A stretch of DNA of 64,000 nucleotides from a virus (taxonomy: Duplodnaviria; Caudoviricetes): IMG/VR virus record IMGVR_UViG_3300020336_000481, positions 32,001 to 96,000 of that record; one strand, written 5' to 3'. Shown in pieces: positions 27,584 through 37,900 of the stretch. Position 1 is the first letter of the stretch. Each line of letters begins with the position of its first letter. The notes under the pieces were generated by a model. The model had not been told where the DNA came from. It made no database searches and saw only the letters and a program-made list of their open reading frames with translations. Both the position numbers and the translations under genes were made by a program.

Positions 27584-27617
27584 AAAAGCCCTAGCATTTA
27601 TTTGTTAGGGCTTTTTT
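27584..27617 (+). terminator. Intrinsic terminator of the ncRNA
   Basis: aaaagccctagca...tgttagggc followed by a T run. Confidence 0.88.
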
Positions 27618-27625
27618 CTCTTTTG

Positions 27626-27720
27626 ATAAATACATATGTCAATATTTAGTGTACCGCTGACAACGGTGGACTTATGCGGAAACCAACCGCGTATGACATA
27701 GAACGTCAATAAAAAGGAGA
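27626..27720 (+). promoter_or_regulatory. Late promoter ATAAATA (27626-27632) plus a structured 5' leader
   Basis: Leader holds gtgtaccg/cggtggac, tatgcgg/ccgcgta and tgac/gtca helices before SD AAGGAG. Confidence 0.6.
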
Positions 27721-27725
27721 AAAAA

Positions 27726-28085
27726 ATGGGAAGACCAATTAATAAAAAATATTTTGGTGTTGTCGGCGATAACACACAGCCAACAATAGCAATTAGATAT
27801 CACGATGGATCAGCTACTAGAGAAGGTTATATACTTTCTCAAAGAGGCACAAACAAATTTAACTGTGACAGTGCAGCTGGCTCAGCAAAAGTTTGTAGAC
27901 TTGTTAATGAGACTGCACCTAACGCTGAAGGCGAATGTTCTTTAGTAGGTTACGCAGACGGTGGCACAGCAATTATTCTTAAGAAAATGTTCAATAGAAC
28001 AGCAATAGACTGGAATAGCAATCGTTACAAGTGGACAGTTGAAGACGATTCAACTCAATCATTAATTAGATTAACAGCTATCTAA
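27726..28085 (+). CDS. Small virion structural protein
   Basis: Late promoter, strong SD; MGRPINKKYFG...GYI..QRG..KF; first gene of the fibre region. Confidence 0.6.
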   Translation: MGRPINKKYFGVVGDNTQPTIAIRYHDGSATREGYILSQRGTNKFNCDSAAGSAKVCRLVNETAPNAEGECSLVGYADGGTAIILKKMFNRTAIDWNSNRYKWTVEDDSTQSLIRLTAI

Positions 28086-28106
28086 ATTATATAGGGGTAA
28101 CATTCA

Positions 28107-29363
28107 ATGGCAAGAGTAGTTAGGGTTTCTAACAGTAATTACAAAATAGCTGTTCAGTCAGGTGGACAAATAACACTTGATACTGGAACAACTAGTAATG
28201 AGACTAGATCGATATCTGGTGCTACTCAAGCCAACCCTGTTGTAATTACAACATCAGTAGCAAATAACTTTTACGATAAACAAAGGATAACTATTACTGG
28301 TGTTGTAGGTATGACTCAGTTAAATGATAATAGCTATTACATCAGAATATTAACTAATCAAACTTTTGAACTATACAGCGACCCGTCACTTGCAACCAGT
28401 GTAAACGGTACAGGATATGGATCATGGGTAAGCAATGGTGTTGTTGAAGGTAGGTTTGGTAATGTAGTAGTAATAGGTAACCTTGAAGTACAAGGTACTA
28501 CAACTACTGTAGACAGTACAACACTAACTGTTGCAGATAATATTATTGTACTTACTAAAGACAATATATCTGCAGGTATTCCAAGTTCATTAGGATATCA
28601 AAGTGGTATTGAAGTAGAACGCGGAAGTTTACAAAATAGTAAATTAGTATTTGATGAACAAATTGCTTGGACATTAGGTGGAACTTCAGGACAAGGTACT
28701 TGGACATTTTTAAAAGGCACAGATCTTTTACCAATCAAAACTCCGGGTATTGTTGCAGGTGGAAATTTATACGTAAGTACAGGTAACGGTGTTATTAGTG
28801 TCACAGGCACAACAGATTATGAAGAAAAAGTTTTTGGATATACCGGCGGAACAATTAACGGAACAGTTATTGATGATGATGCAGTACCAAACGCAAAAGC
28901 AGTTGCAGATTACGCAACATATGTAATTCAAAATTCATTCCAGTCAGCTATTGCAGAAGGTGATACTAAAGCAGAAGTATATGACTTTAGTGTAACTGGA
29001 AGTGAAAGTAATTTTAATATTGCAGTAGACGGTATATCAAACACAAATTTTTACCCTAACCGAGTTGAATTTCCTAGTGTTAAAATTCAAGAAAACGAAA
29101 TAAGCACATTAGATAGTAATAAAGATTTAATTTTATCTGCACCTGGTACAGGCTCAGTAAAAGTAAAAGATGTATTAAGTTTAACAACTCCGCTATACGA
29201 TGACGATTTATCTAATGATCCTAGTGCACCAGCAGATGGAATTAAAGTTTATTCTAAAACCCAGGCACAAGGACAAACAGGACTATATTTTGTAAATAGT
29301 AATAATAAAAGCGGAGAACTAGTAAGCAAAAACCGAGCATTATTGTTTGGTATGTTGTTTTAA
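28107..29363 (+). CDS. Virion structural/fibre protein with an FCCH-like beta domain
   Basis: ISGATQANPVVITT...ITITGVVGMTQLN...TFEL domain; GNLEVQGTTTTVDSTTLTVADNII fibre motif. Confidence 0.7.
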   Translation: MARVVRVSNSNYKIAVQSGGQITLDTGTTSNETRSISGATQANPVVITTSVANNFYDKQRITITGVVGMTQLNDNSYYIRILTNQTFELYSDPSLATSVNGTGYGSWVSNGVVEGRFGNVVVIGNLEVQGTTTTVDSTTLTVADNIIVLTKDNISAGIPSSLGYQSGIEVERGSLQNSKLVFDEQIAWTLGGTSGQGTWTFLKGTDLLPIKTPGIVAGGNLYVSTGNGVISVTGTTDYEEKVFGYTGGTINGTVIDDDAVPNAKAVADYATYVIQNSFQSAIAEGDTKAEVYDFSVTGSESNFNIAVDGISNTNFYPNRVEFPSVKIQENEISTLDSNKDLILSAPGTGSVKVKDVLSLTTPLYDDDLSNDPSAPADGIKVYSKTQAQGQTGLYFVNSNNKSGELVSKNRALLFGMLF

Positions 29364-29375
29364 TAAGGAAAAGAA

Positions 29376-29732
29376 ATGGCGATACAGAATGCACAACTAA
29401 CAACAACGCAACTTGATCTTGTTACAGTTCCATCTGATAAAAGTTATGCTATAACAAATATTATGGTATGTAATACTTTTGACCCTAATGACGGAGCGGC
29501 TGCATCAAATGGTGCAAGTTTTGATATTCATTTAATAAAAAGCGGACAAGCATTAAGTAATAGTATTACATGTGTAGTAAGAGAATTAAGTCTTCCTGCA
29601 GGAGAAACATTTACGTTTGACTCTGAAAGAATTGTTTTAGAGCAAGGTGATAAAGTAAGTTTTGTTGCACAACCTAATACAGGTTCAGGTAATACAAACT
29701 TATCAGCAGTTGTAAGTTATTTGGAAGTGTAA
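29376..29732 (+). CDS. Small virion protein (paralog of 39210 and 53027)
   Basis: LTTT...L.TVP....AIT.I.VCN...LPA..T...ERIVL..GD.....SY.EV. Confidence 0.65.
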   Translation: MAIQNAQLTTTQLDLVTVPSDKSYAITNIMVCNTFDPNDGAAASNGASFDIHLIKSGQALSNSITCVVRELSLPAGETFTFDSERIVLEQGDKVSFVAQPNTGSGNTNLSAVVSYLEV

Positions 29733-29735
29733 AAA

Positions 29736-30539
29736 ATGAGACTTTTAAAAGGTCAAAATACTAACCTAAGAAACATTTACGGAAAAGGCGTAAAGTATGA
29801 CGTAAATGATCAAGTTATCATGGATAGTGATAACGCTGTTCTTGTGCCTAAAGGTACAACAGCACAACGTCCGACCACTCCAGTTAACGGACAATTTAGA
29901 TACAATACAACAGATAATGTATTTGAACAATACGAAGCTGGCCAATGGCGCCAAGGAAGATATGCAGAACCTGTTAGAGTAGGCATAATACAACAAACAT
30001 TAGGTTATGGCGATGCTGTTGAAGTTTATTTTGGACCACTAGCAAGTGGAGATTCAAACTTTCCTAATCCGGCAGCAGCACAAAACATTTTAGTATTTGT
30101 AGAAAACGTCTTTCAAATATCCACTACTAACTATGTGTTAGAACAAAATCCTGCAAAAACAAACACAGTTTCATCTGTAGTAAGCGTAGGGGCAACTACA
30201 GTAATTCAAACAACTACAGCACACGGATACGCGGCGACAGACCTGGTTTATATAGAAGGTATAAATGCAAACGGTGATGCTATTGAAAACATAAACAACG
30301 GTGACAGTTCAAGTCCAACCAGTCATGACGTTGTAAGCATTCCAGCAGCTAATCAAATTGAAATTGCTGTTGATACTTCAGGCGGAAATACAGGTACATA
30401 TAATACTTCAAATCTTGCAACAATTAAAAGAGCAAGTTCCATCGACGGACAGTTTTATGCAGACGGCTATTACCTTAAATTTAATTCAGCTGTTGATTTA
30501 AACAAAGCAGTTACAGTTCTTCATAACTTTGACAAATAG
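29736..30539 (+). CDS. Virion structural protein
   Basis: VPKGTTAQRP...GQFRYNT module; ILVFVENVFQ motif. Confidence 0.65.
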   Translation: MRLLKGQNTNLRNIYGKGVKYDVNDQVIMDSDNAVLVPKGTTAQRPTTPVNGQFRYNTTDNVFEQYEAGQWRQGRYAEPVRVGIIQQTLGYGDAVEVYFGPLASGDSNFPNPAAAQNILVFVENVFQISTTNYVLEQNPAKTNTVSSVVSVGATTVIQTTTAHGYAATDLVYIEGINANGDAIENINNGDSSSPTSHDVVSIPAANQIEIAVDTSGGNTGTYNTSNLATIKRASSIDGQFYADGYYLKFNSAVDLNKAVTVLHNFDK

Positions 30540-30545
30540 ATTTTA

Positions 30546-30552
30546 ATAAATA
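30546..30552 (+). promoter_or_regulatory. Late promoter ATAAATA
   Basis: Upstream of SD AGGAG. Confidence 0.7.
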
Positions 30553-30571
30553 CTGTGTCAGGAGATAATTT

Positions 30572-33500
30572 ATGGCACAAGTAGGTAGAATATCCGGTCC
30601 GTTATTAGAAGCAAATTTAGAAAGAAACGGCAAAAATCTTTCTTTTCGTAACGACTTAGATACCACACAATTATTATTATTAGACGTAGTAAATGGCAAA
30701 CTAGCAGTAAACTACGCTACACCTAGCCGCGAATTAGAAATTGCAGGCACAACAAGATCAACCAACTATCTCTCTACAGATTCCACACTTGCAGATATTA
30801 TATTTGATAATAATGAAATAAAAAATATTTCAGGTAATATTAATTTTAATGCTACAACTGCTATTGTATCACCAAACATTGAAACTGACAATATAAGAAT
30901 TACTGATAATACAATATCTACACATAGAAGTAATGCAAACTTAGAATTACGCCCTTGGAGAGATTATCAACTAGTTAACGGTGATCCGTATACGACAGAA
31001 TTGCTTGCCGGACTTACAGCGGCGTCATCAGGTGGATCTCACACTTACAAAGCATTTTGGGAAGTAGTTTTACCAAGCGGATTTGCAAGAGGAGATGTAA
31101 ACGAAAGTGGTGGTATTGACATTGACGATGTTATGGCGTTCCTTAGTGTAGCTAGAGGAATTACTACATCAGGCAGTACATACGACCGCAGTGTAGCAGC
31201 AATTGAAGCAAGTTTACCTACATTGGAAGTTAAAAGCAATTTAAATGTAGATGGAGCAATTAATGCTACCGGCAATATTACAATGGACGGTAATATTACA
31301 ATAGGTGATAATCAAGCTCAAGATACTGTAGATTTTAATGCAGAATTTATTAGTAACATTGAACCAGATGTTACTTATACATACAACATAGGAAGTTATA
31401 ACGATCGTTGGTTACGTCTTGATACTAATCTTGTAAACGGACAAAAAGTAATTGCCGGTAATTATATTGCTGGCGGCGTTGACATAGCACAACGACAAGG
31501 AAATATTTTTTATGTTAGTGTTAACGGTACAAACACCAATAGTGGAGAACATCCACAATCACCTTTTAAAACAATTAAACATGCTTTAGACGCTGTTGAT
31601 GCTAGTTCAGCAGGCCCTGTAACTATTCACGTTTATCCAGGAGACTACGAAGAACAACTGCCGTTAACAGTGCCATCTAATGTTACAATACAAGGACATG
31701 ATTTAAGAAATACTGTAATTAGACCAGATACTAGCAGCCAAAGCGAAGACGTATTTTTACTTAACGGTGAAACAACAATTAAGCAACTTACAATTAAAGA
31801 CTTTTATTACGACAGTGGAAATAATAAAGGACATGCATTTAGATTTGCAAATAATGCTGTAATTACAACACGTAGTCCTTACATACAAGATGTAACTGTA
31901 ATTACACAAGGTACAACTACAAGTGCAAGTGATCCAAGAGGTTTTGCAAGTGGAGATGCAGGTAAAGGCGCTTTAATAGATGGTGCAGTAGTACCAGCTT
32001 CGAGCAACGAAGCAAGTATGTTATTCCATGCTGCAACTTTCATTACACCAGGCGTTGATGCTATTACAATGACCAATGGTGTAAGAGTAGAATGGCTTAA
32101 TAGTTTTACATATTTTGCCAACAGAGGATTATATGCAGTACGAGGTTCAACAGGACATCAAAGTCCCGACGGGAGTACAATAAATTACGGAGCAGAAATA
32201 CGTTCAATTGGATCTGCAAATGTATACGGAAACAAAGGTGCTGTAGCAGATGGTGCCGGCACACTAATGTATCTTATTAATCACAACTTTGCATACATAG
32301 GCGTTGGTAAGTTTGTTGACAATGATCCAAGTAGATCTATACAAGCAAACGAAGTTGAAGAATTAAATTCAGGTAAAGTTTATTTTAGTTCAACAGACCA
32401 TTTAGGTAATTTTAGGGTAGGAGATAGCTTTCTAGTTGACCAAGAATCAGGAGAAACTACACTTAACTTATCTGAAGCAGAAATAGACTCTTTTGGTGGC
32501 TTAAATATTACAACTAGTGGTGCATTAACAGTTGTAAACGGAAACCTTGTAGAAACAGGAAATATTAGATTACAAGGTAATCAAATTTTATCTACAGCAA
32601 ACGATATTAACATTGTTGCAAGTGGTTCTAATAATATTAATTTTTTAACAAGTTTAAACATTACTAATAATTTAGATATTACAGGTAATTTGACAGGTGC
32701 TGGTAATTTAAAATTAGGCGATGAAAGTGTAGATACTGTAACATTTAATGATCCTTTTGATCAAAATATAAAACCTGCTGTGTCAGGAACCTTTGATTTA
32801 GGAAGTCCTACACTACGCTGGAAAAATGCATTCTTATCACAAGCAGAAATTAGCGATATAAAAATATTTGATAACGTTATACAGACTAATGTTTCTAATG
32901 CAGACTTAGAACTTCGTGCAAATGGTACTGGTAAAATATTAGTACCAAACAATAATGTAACTTTTAGTAATAACTTAACTGTCAACGGCACAACTAATTT
33001 ACAAGGTCTGTCAACTACAGGAAATATTGTACATTCAGGCAATTTACAATTAACAGGGAACTTTGATGTTACAGGTAACTTATCTGCAACACAAAATTTA
33101 ACAGTAAACAGTGATGTTTCCTTTCAAGAATTTAATATAACAGGGAACTTAATAGAAACTACACTTTCAGATGCAGATTTAGATTTACGTGCAAATGGCA
33201 CAGGAGACGTAGTTTTTAATGACTCAGCAACATTTAATGCATTAACTATTACACAACATTCCGACCTTATTGATGTTGACGTAACTTCTAGCGTACAAGC
33301 TACAGACTTTACAACAGATCAAATATTAGTTAGAGAAAACTTTATAGAAACAAGATTTAGTAATGCTGATTTAGATTTACGTGCTACTGGCAACATTGTT
33401 ATTCAAGAAAATACTACAGCAGAACAAAATCTAACAGTAAACGGCACAACAACATTAAAAAATACAGGAATTACAGGTACACTAACGCATGTAGGAAACA

Positions 33501-34831
33501 CAACACAAACAGGTAATAGAAATATTACAGGTAACACTACAATAACAAAAAATTTAGATGTTACTGGGTCAGCACAACTTGAAGAAATATTAATTGATGA
33601 CAATTATATAACTACAACTACGTCAAATGCAGATTTAGAATTACGTGCTAGTGGAAGTGGTAATATTATTGTTCCTAGTAATGATGTAGTAATCAGTAAA
33701 GATTTAGCTGTAGACGATTTAGTATTACAAAGTCAACTTACAGTAAACAATCTAACTGGAAATAATTTAAGTATTAATACATTTAATATTACAGGAGATT
33801 TTCAATTTGAAAATATTAATATCTCTGATAACGTAATTCAAACAACACTTTCAAATAGTGACTTAGAGCTACAGGCAAACGGCTCAGGAAATTTAAACTT
33901 TCAAGAAAATGTTGTTGTAAATAATAACTTATCTGCTGATAATTTAACAGGCGTACAAAACATCAATATTACTAGCGGTGTAACATTTGATCAATTTACT
34001 GGTAGCTCTAACATAAACTTTTTTGACAATGTAATACAAACCACAGTATCAAACAGTAACTTAGAACTTAGAACATCTGGCGCTGGTACTGTTAAATTAG
34101 ACGATTTTGATTTTACAAGCAGTGTAATTGCAAATAATGGTTCAAATAATATTCAATTTACGCCTGGTTCAAATAACTTAAATATATCTGCAACAGGGTC
34201 ATTGAAACTACCAGCAGGTGCTACAGCATCAGGGTCACAAGGACAAATTAGATATAACACTACTACAAATTCTTTTGAAGGATTTGACCCTAATAATATA
34301 CACTTTGGCGGAGTGTTTAGTTCAAACCGTTTAACCAATTTAGTAGCAGATACAAATAATAATATTATTGGTACAGTTAATAACTCTGTTAAACTTACTA
34401 TAAATGCACAAGGCGTAGAAACTACACAATTACAAACTGAGGATATTAATATCAACAGTACAACAATAAGGACTAATGTTTCTAATAGTGATTTAGTTCT
34501 TAACCCTAGCGGAGTAGGTATTGTAAAAATGGGTAATATCAATATTAGTGATAATACTATTGATAACACTACTAGCGGCGCCGCATTATTACAAACTACA
34601 GGTACAGGTTATGTAAAATATGATGGACAAAAAGGCTTTGTACTTCCAAGAGGAACTACAGCTAATCGTCCAGCAAGTCCTGCTGCAGGAGAAACAAGAT
34701 TTAATACTGACACTACATCAGTTGAAATTTATACTGGCTCAGATTGGGTTATTGCTACAGGTACAGGAGCAGTACAAACTAGGGTAGGAAATGAAAATCT
34801 TGCATTCGCTTTGAGTCTAGCACTAGGGTAA
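30572..34831 (+). CDS. Long fibre protein A (beta-helix-like domain plus SNADLELRANGTG repeats)
   Basis: Asn/Thr-rich repeats; FYVS.NG...NSG..P..PF.TI..AL pectate-lyase-like start; paralog of 34974. Confidence 0.8.
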   Translation: MAQVGRISGPLLEANLERNGKNLSFRNDLDTTQLLLLDVVNGKLAVNYATPSRELEIAGTTRSTNYLSTDSTLADIIFDNNEIKNISGNINFNATTAIVSPNIETDNIRITDNTISTHRSNANLELRPWRDYQLVNGDPYTTELLAGLTAASSGGSHTYKAFWEVVLPSGFARGDVNESGGIDIDDVMAFLSVARGITTSGSTYDRSVAAIEASLPTLEVKSNLNVDGAINATGNITMDGNITIGDNQAQDTVDFNAEFISNIEPDVTYTYNIGSYNDRWLRLDTNLVNGQKVIAGNYIAGGVDIAQRQGNIFYVSVNGTNTNSGEHPQSPFKTIKHALDAVDASSAGPVTIHVYPGDYEEQLPLTVPSNVTIQGHDLRNTVIRPDTSSQSEDVFLLNGETTIKQLTIKDFYYDSGNNKGHAFRFANNAVITTRSPYIQDVTVITQGTTTSASDPRGFASGDAGKGALIDGAVVPASSNEASMLFHAATFITPGVDAITMTNGVRVEWLNSFTYFANRGLYAVRGSTGHQSPDGSTINYGAEIRSIGSANVYGNKGAVADGAGTLMYLINHNFAYIGVGKFVDNDPSRSIQANEVEELNSGKVYFSSTDHLGNFRVGDSFLVDQESGETTLNLSEAEIDSFGGLNITTSGALTVVNGNLVETGNIRLQGNQILSTANDINIVASGSNNINFLTSLNITNNLDITGNLTGAGNLKLGDESVDTVTFNDPFDQNIKPAVSGTFDLGSPTLRWKNAFLSQAEISDIKIFDNVIQTNVSNADLELRANGTGKILVPNNNVTFSNNLTVNGTTNLQGLSTTGNIVHSGNLQLTGNFDVTGNLSATQNLTVNSDVSFQEFNITGNLIETTLSDADLDLRANGTGDVVFNDSATFNALTITQHSDLIDVDVTSSVQATDFTTDQILVRENFIETRFSNADLDLRATGNIVIQENTTAEQNLTVNGTTTLKNTGITGTLTHVGNTTQTGNRNITGNTTITKNLDVTGSAQLEEILIDDNYITTTTSNADLELRASGSGNIIVPSNDVVISKDLAVDDLVLQSQLTVNNLTGNNLSINTFNITGDFQFENINISDNVIQTTLSNSDLELQANGSGNLNFQENVVVNNNLSADNLTGVQNINITSGVTFDQFTGSSNINFFDNVIQTTVSNSNLELRTSGAGTVKLDDFDFTSSVIANNGSNNIQFTPGSNNLNISATGSLKLPAGATASGSQGQIRYNTTTNSFEGFDPNNIHFGGVFSSNRLTNLVADTNNNIIGTVNNSVKLTINAQGVETTQLQTEDININSTTIRTNVSNSDLVLNPSGVGIVKMGNINISDNTIDNTTSGAALLQTTGTGYVKYDGQKGFVLPRGTTANRPASPAAGETRFNTDTTSVEIYTGSDWVIATGTGAVQTRVGNENLAFALSLALG

Positions 34832-34854
34832 TCAGCACTTAATTTTTTAATAAG

Positions 34855-34970
34855 ATAAATATATGTAATGCAAAGTAAGACCATACTTGCAGGGTCAAAC
34901 TGTGGTTAGCCGGCAAAGAGCGAAAGCTGAAAATTAGGCTAGAGGGACAGGATCCCCGTGTTAAGGAGAA
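34855..34970 (+). promoter_or_regulatory. Late promoter ATAAATA (34855-34861) plus a structured ~105 nt leader
   Basis: Hairpin whose loop gacc is complementary to downstream ggtc; tagcc/ggcta enclosing agc-GAAA-gct; ggga/tccc before the SD. Confidence 0.6.
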
Positions 34971-34973
34971 GAG

Positions 34974-37900
34974 ATGGCAGTTGGTCGTATATCTGGTCCG
35001 CTCTTAAAGCCAAATCTCATTAGAAATGGGATTGATTTAGCTTTTGAGACGGATTTATTGTATCTTGATGTAAACAATCAAAGGATTGGTATCAAATCGA
35101 GTACTCCTCAACACGAGTTAGATGTTACAGGAACGGTTCGTTCAACTAACTTAGAGATCACAAACACTGCAAACATTGCAGACCTTACTATCCAAAACAG
35201 CACAATATCAACTAATTCAAGTTATTTAAATCTTGGAACACTTGATACTGTAGTATATCAAAATAAATTAAGAGTTGATAGCCTTGATATTGTAGGCAAC
35301 GTAATATCTTCTAATAATTCAAATGCAAATATAGAATTAAACCCTAACGGCACCGGTACTGTTGAAGTACTTGCAAATATGAATGTTACTGGCAATATAC
35401 ATGCTACAGGTAATATTAGTGCAGACGGTAATATTACAATAGGTGATGCTAACACTGATAATATTACAATTAATGCTGATGTAGCAAGTAACTTAATACC
35501 TGATGTTGATAACACATATACACTAGGTACCAGTACAAAAAGATGGCAAGATGTTTGGGTAAACAATTTAAATGCCACTACAATAAATTCTAATAGTGTT
35601 GCTATCGACGGCATTGATTTAATATTGCGCCAAGGAAATTTATACTACGTAGCAGAAAACGGTTCAGATACAAATTCAGGAGATCATCCACAAGACCCTT
35701 ATGCATCAATTACAAAAGCATTAACTGTTGCAACTGCCGGTGACACAGTACACGTATTCCCAGGCGAATATCAAGAAATATTTCCAATGACAATTCCAGT
35801 AGGTGTTACAATCAAAGGACACAGTATAAGAAGTGTTAATATATCACCTACATCAGGAACTAATACAAATGATGCATTTTTATTAAACGGTGAAACAACA
35901 GTTAGTGATTTAACAATCAAAGATTTTTACAATGGTTATGCATTTAAATTTGCATCTAATGCTTCGGTTACAAGTAGAAGTCCATACCTTAAAAATATAA
36001 CAGTAATTACAAAAGGTAGCGTAACAACAGCAGAAGATCCTAGAGGATTTAACCAAGGAGACGCTGGTAAAGGTGTACTAGCTGACGGGAAAGACGTTGC
36101 AAGTGGTAGTAACGAAGCAAGTATGTTATTTCATAGTTGTACATTTATAACACCAGGTGTAGATGCAGCAACTTTTACTAACGGAGTAAGAATTGAATGG
36201 CTAAACTGTTTTTCATACTTTGCTAATAAAGGAATTTCGGCATATGACGGTACTTCAAGTGACGGAAAATACGGTGACGGAAAAACACGTATTAGATTAA
36301 GTGGTATATCAGGCACCTTTACCGCAGGAAATACAGTAACATTTACAAGTACAGATAATTCAACAATAGTAGCTGTAACAGTTGAAAGTGTAGACAATGA
36401 CATACTTGTTGTTGACGGTAAAAATACAAATTTAATAGGATTCGACACTACGCCTGCAAGTATATCAAATGGTGCAGGAGCAACAGCAACAACTATTGAG
36501 AATGTAGATGTAAAAGACTTTGGTGCAGAAGTAAGAATGATAGGTAGTGCTAGTGTTTACGGTAACTTTGGCTTACACGGTGACGGTCCTGGAGTTATTG
36601 TTTATGCTGTAGGGCAGAATTTAGCTTATATAGGTAACGGAAAAGAAGTTACTAACGATCCGGGAACAGTAATACAAGCAAATGAAGTTGTAGAACTTAA
36701 CGGTGCTAAAATAAGATACAACTCAGTTGATCACAAAGGTGATTTTAGAGTAGGCGATCTTTTTACAGTTGACCAAGATACAGGTACAGTAAATTTTGTT
36801 GCAAGTGCATTAAATGTTGATCTTACTAACGGTGCAACATTTACAACAGGAAGCAATACTACATTTATAAATGGTGCTAGGATTGATACCGGTAATTTAA
36901 GAATAAGTGGAAACACAATAGAAAGCACAAGCGGAAATATTAACTTTAATAGTGCTACTAATTCAATTAACTTAAATGATAATGTAAACGTTACTGGTAA
37001 TATGGATGTTACTGGTAATATTACACTAGGCGGAAACATACAAATTGGTGACGAAGTTACTGATAGTATTACAATTACAGCTGGTATTAATAGTAATTTA
37101 GTACCAAGAACAACAGATACACATACATTAGGAACAAGTTCCTTAGAATGGAAAAATTTATACATTAATGAACTTGATGTAGACGATATACAAATTAATA
37201 CAAACTTTATTTCTACTACATCATCTAATGCAGACTTAGAACTTCGTGCTAACGGCACAGGTAAAATATTAGTACCAGGAAATAATGTTCAAGTTACAAA
37301 CGACCTTACAGTTAATGGAACTACAAATTTATCAAATTTAAATATTACAGGAAACTTTGGATTAGTAGGTAACTTTACAGAAACAGGTGATGTTAGTGTA
37401 ACAGGCGATGTAACAGTAAGCCAAGACTTAACCATAGGCGCCACTGCACAATTTGAAGAAATAAAAATAGAAGGTAATGTTATTACAACTACTTCTAGTA
37501 ATGCTGATTTAGAATTACAAGCAAATAGCGGCGGCAGAGTAATTATTCCGTCAAATGATGTTATAGTAAGTCAAGATTTAAATGTAACAGGTGCAGTAGC
37601 AGCAAATACAATTACTGCTCAAGGTAATATTGATGCTGATACTTTTACAACCGGCGATATACAAATTGACGATAATTTTATTACTACAACATTAAGCAAT
37701 TCTAATTTAGAACTTCGTGCAAATGGTACTGGAAAAGTAATAATACCAAGTAATGATATTGTTGCTTCACAAAATTTAACAGTAAATGGTACAACAACAT
37801 TAAAAGGCACAGGAATCACAGGAACAATTACACACGTAGGAAACACAACACAAACAGGTAATAGCAATATTACAGGTGATGTTACAATAAGTCAAGATTT

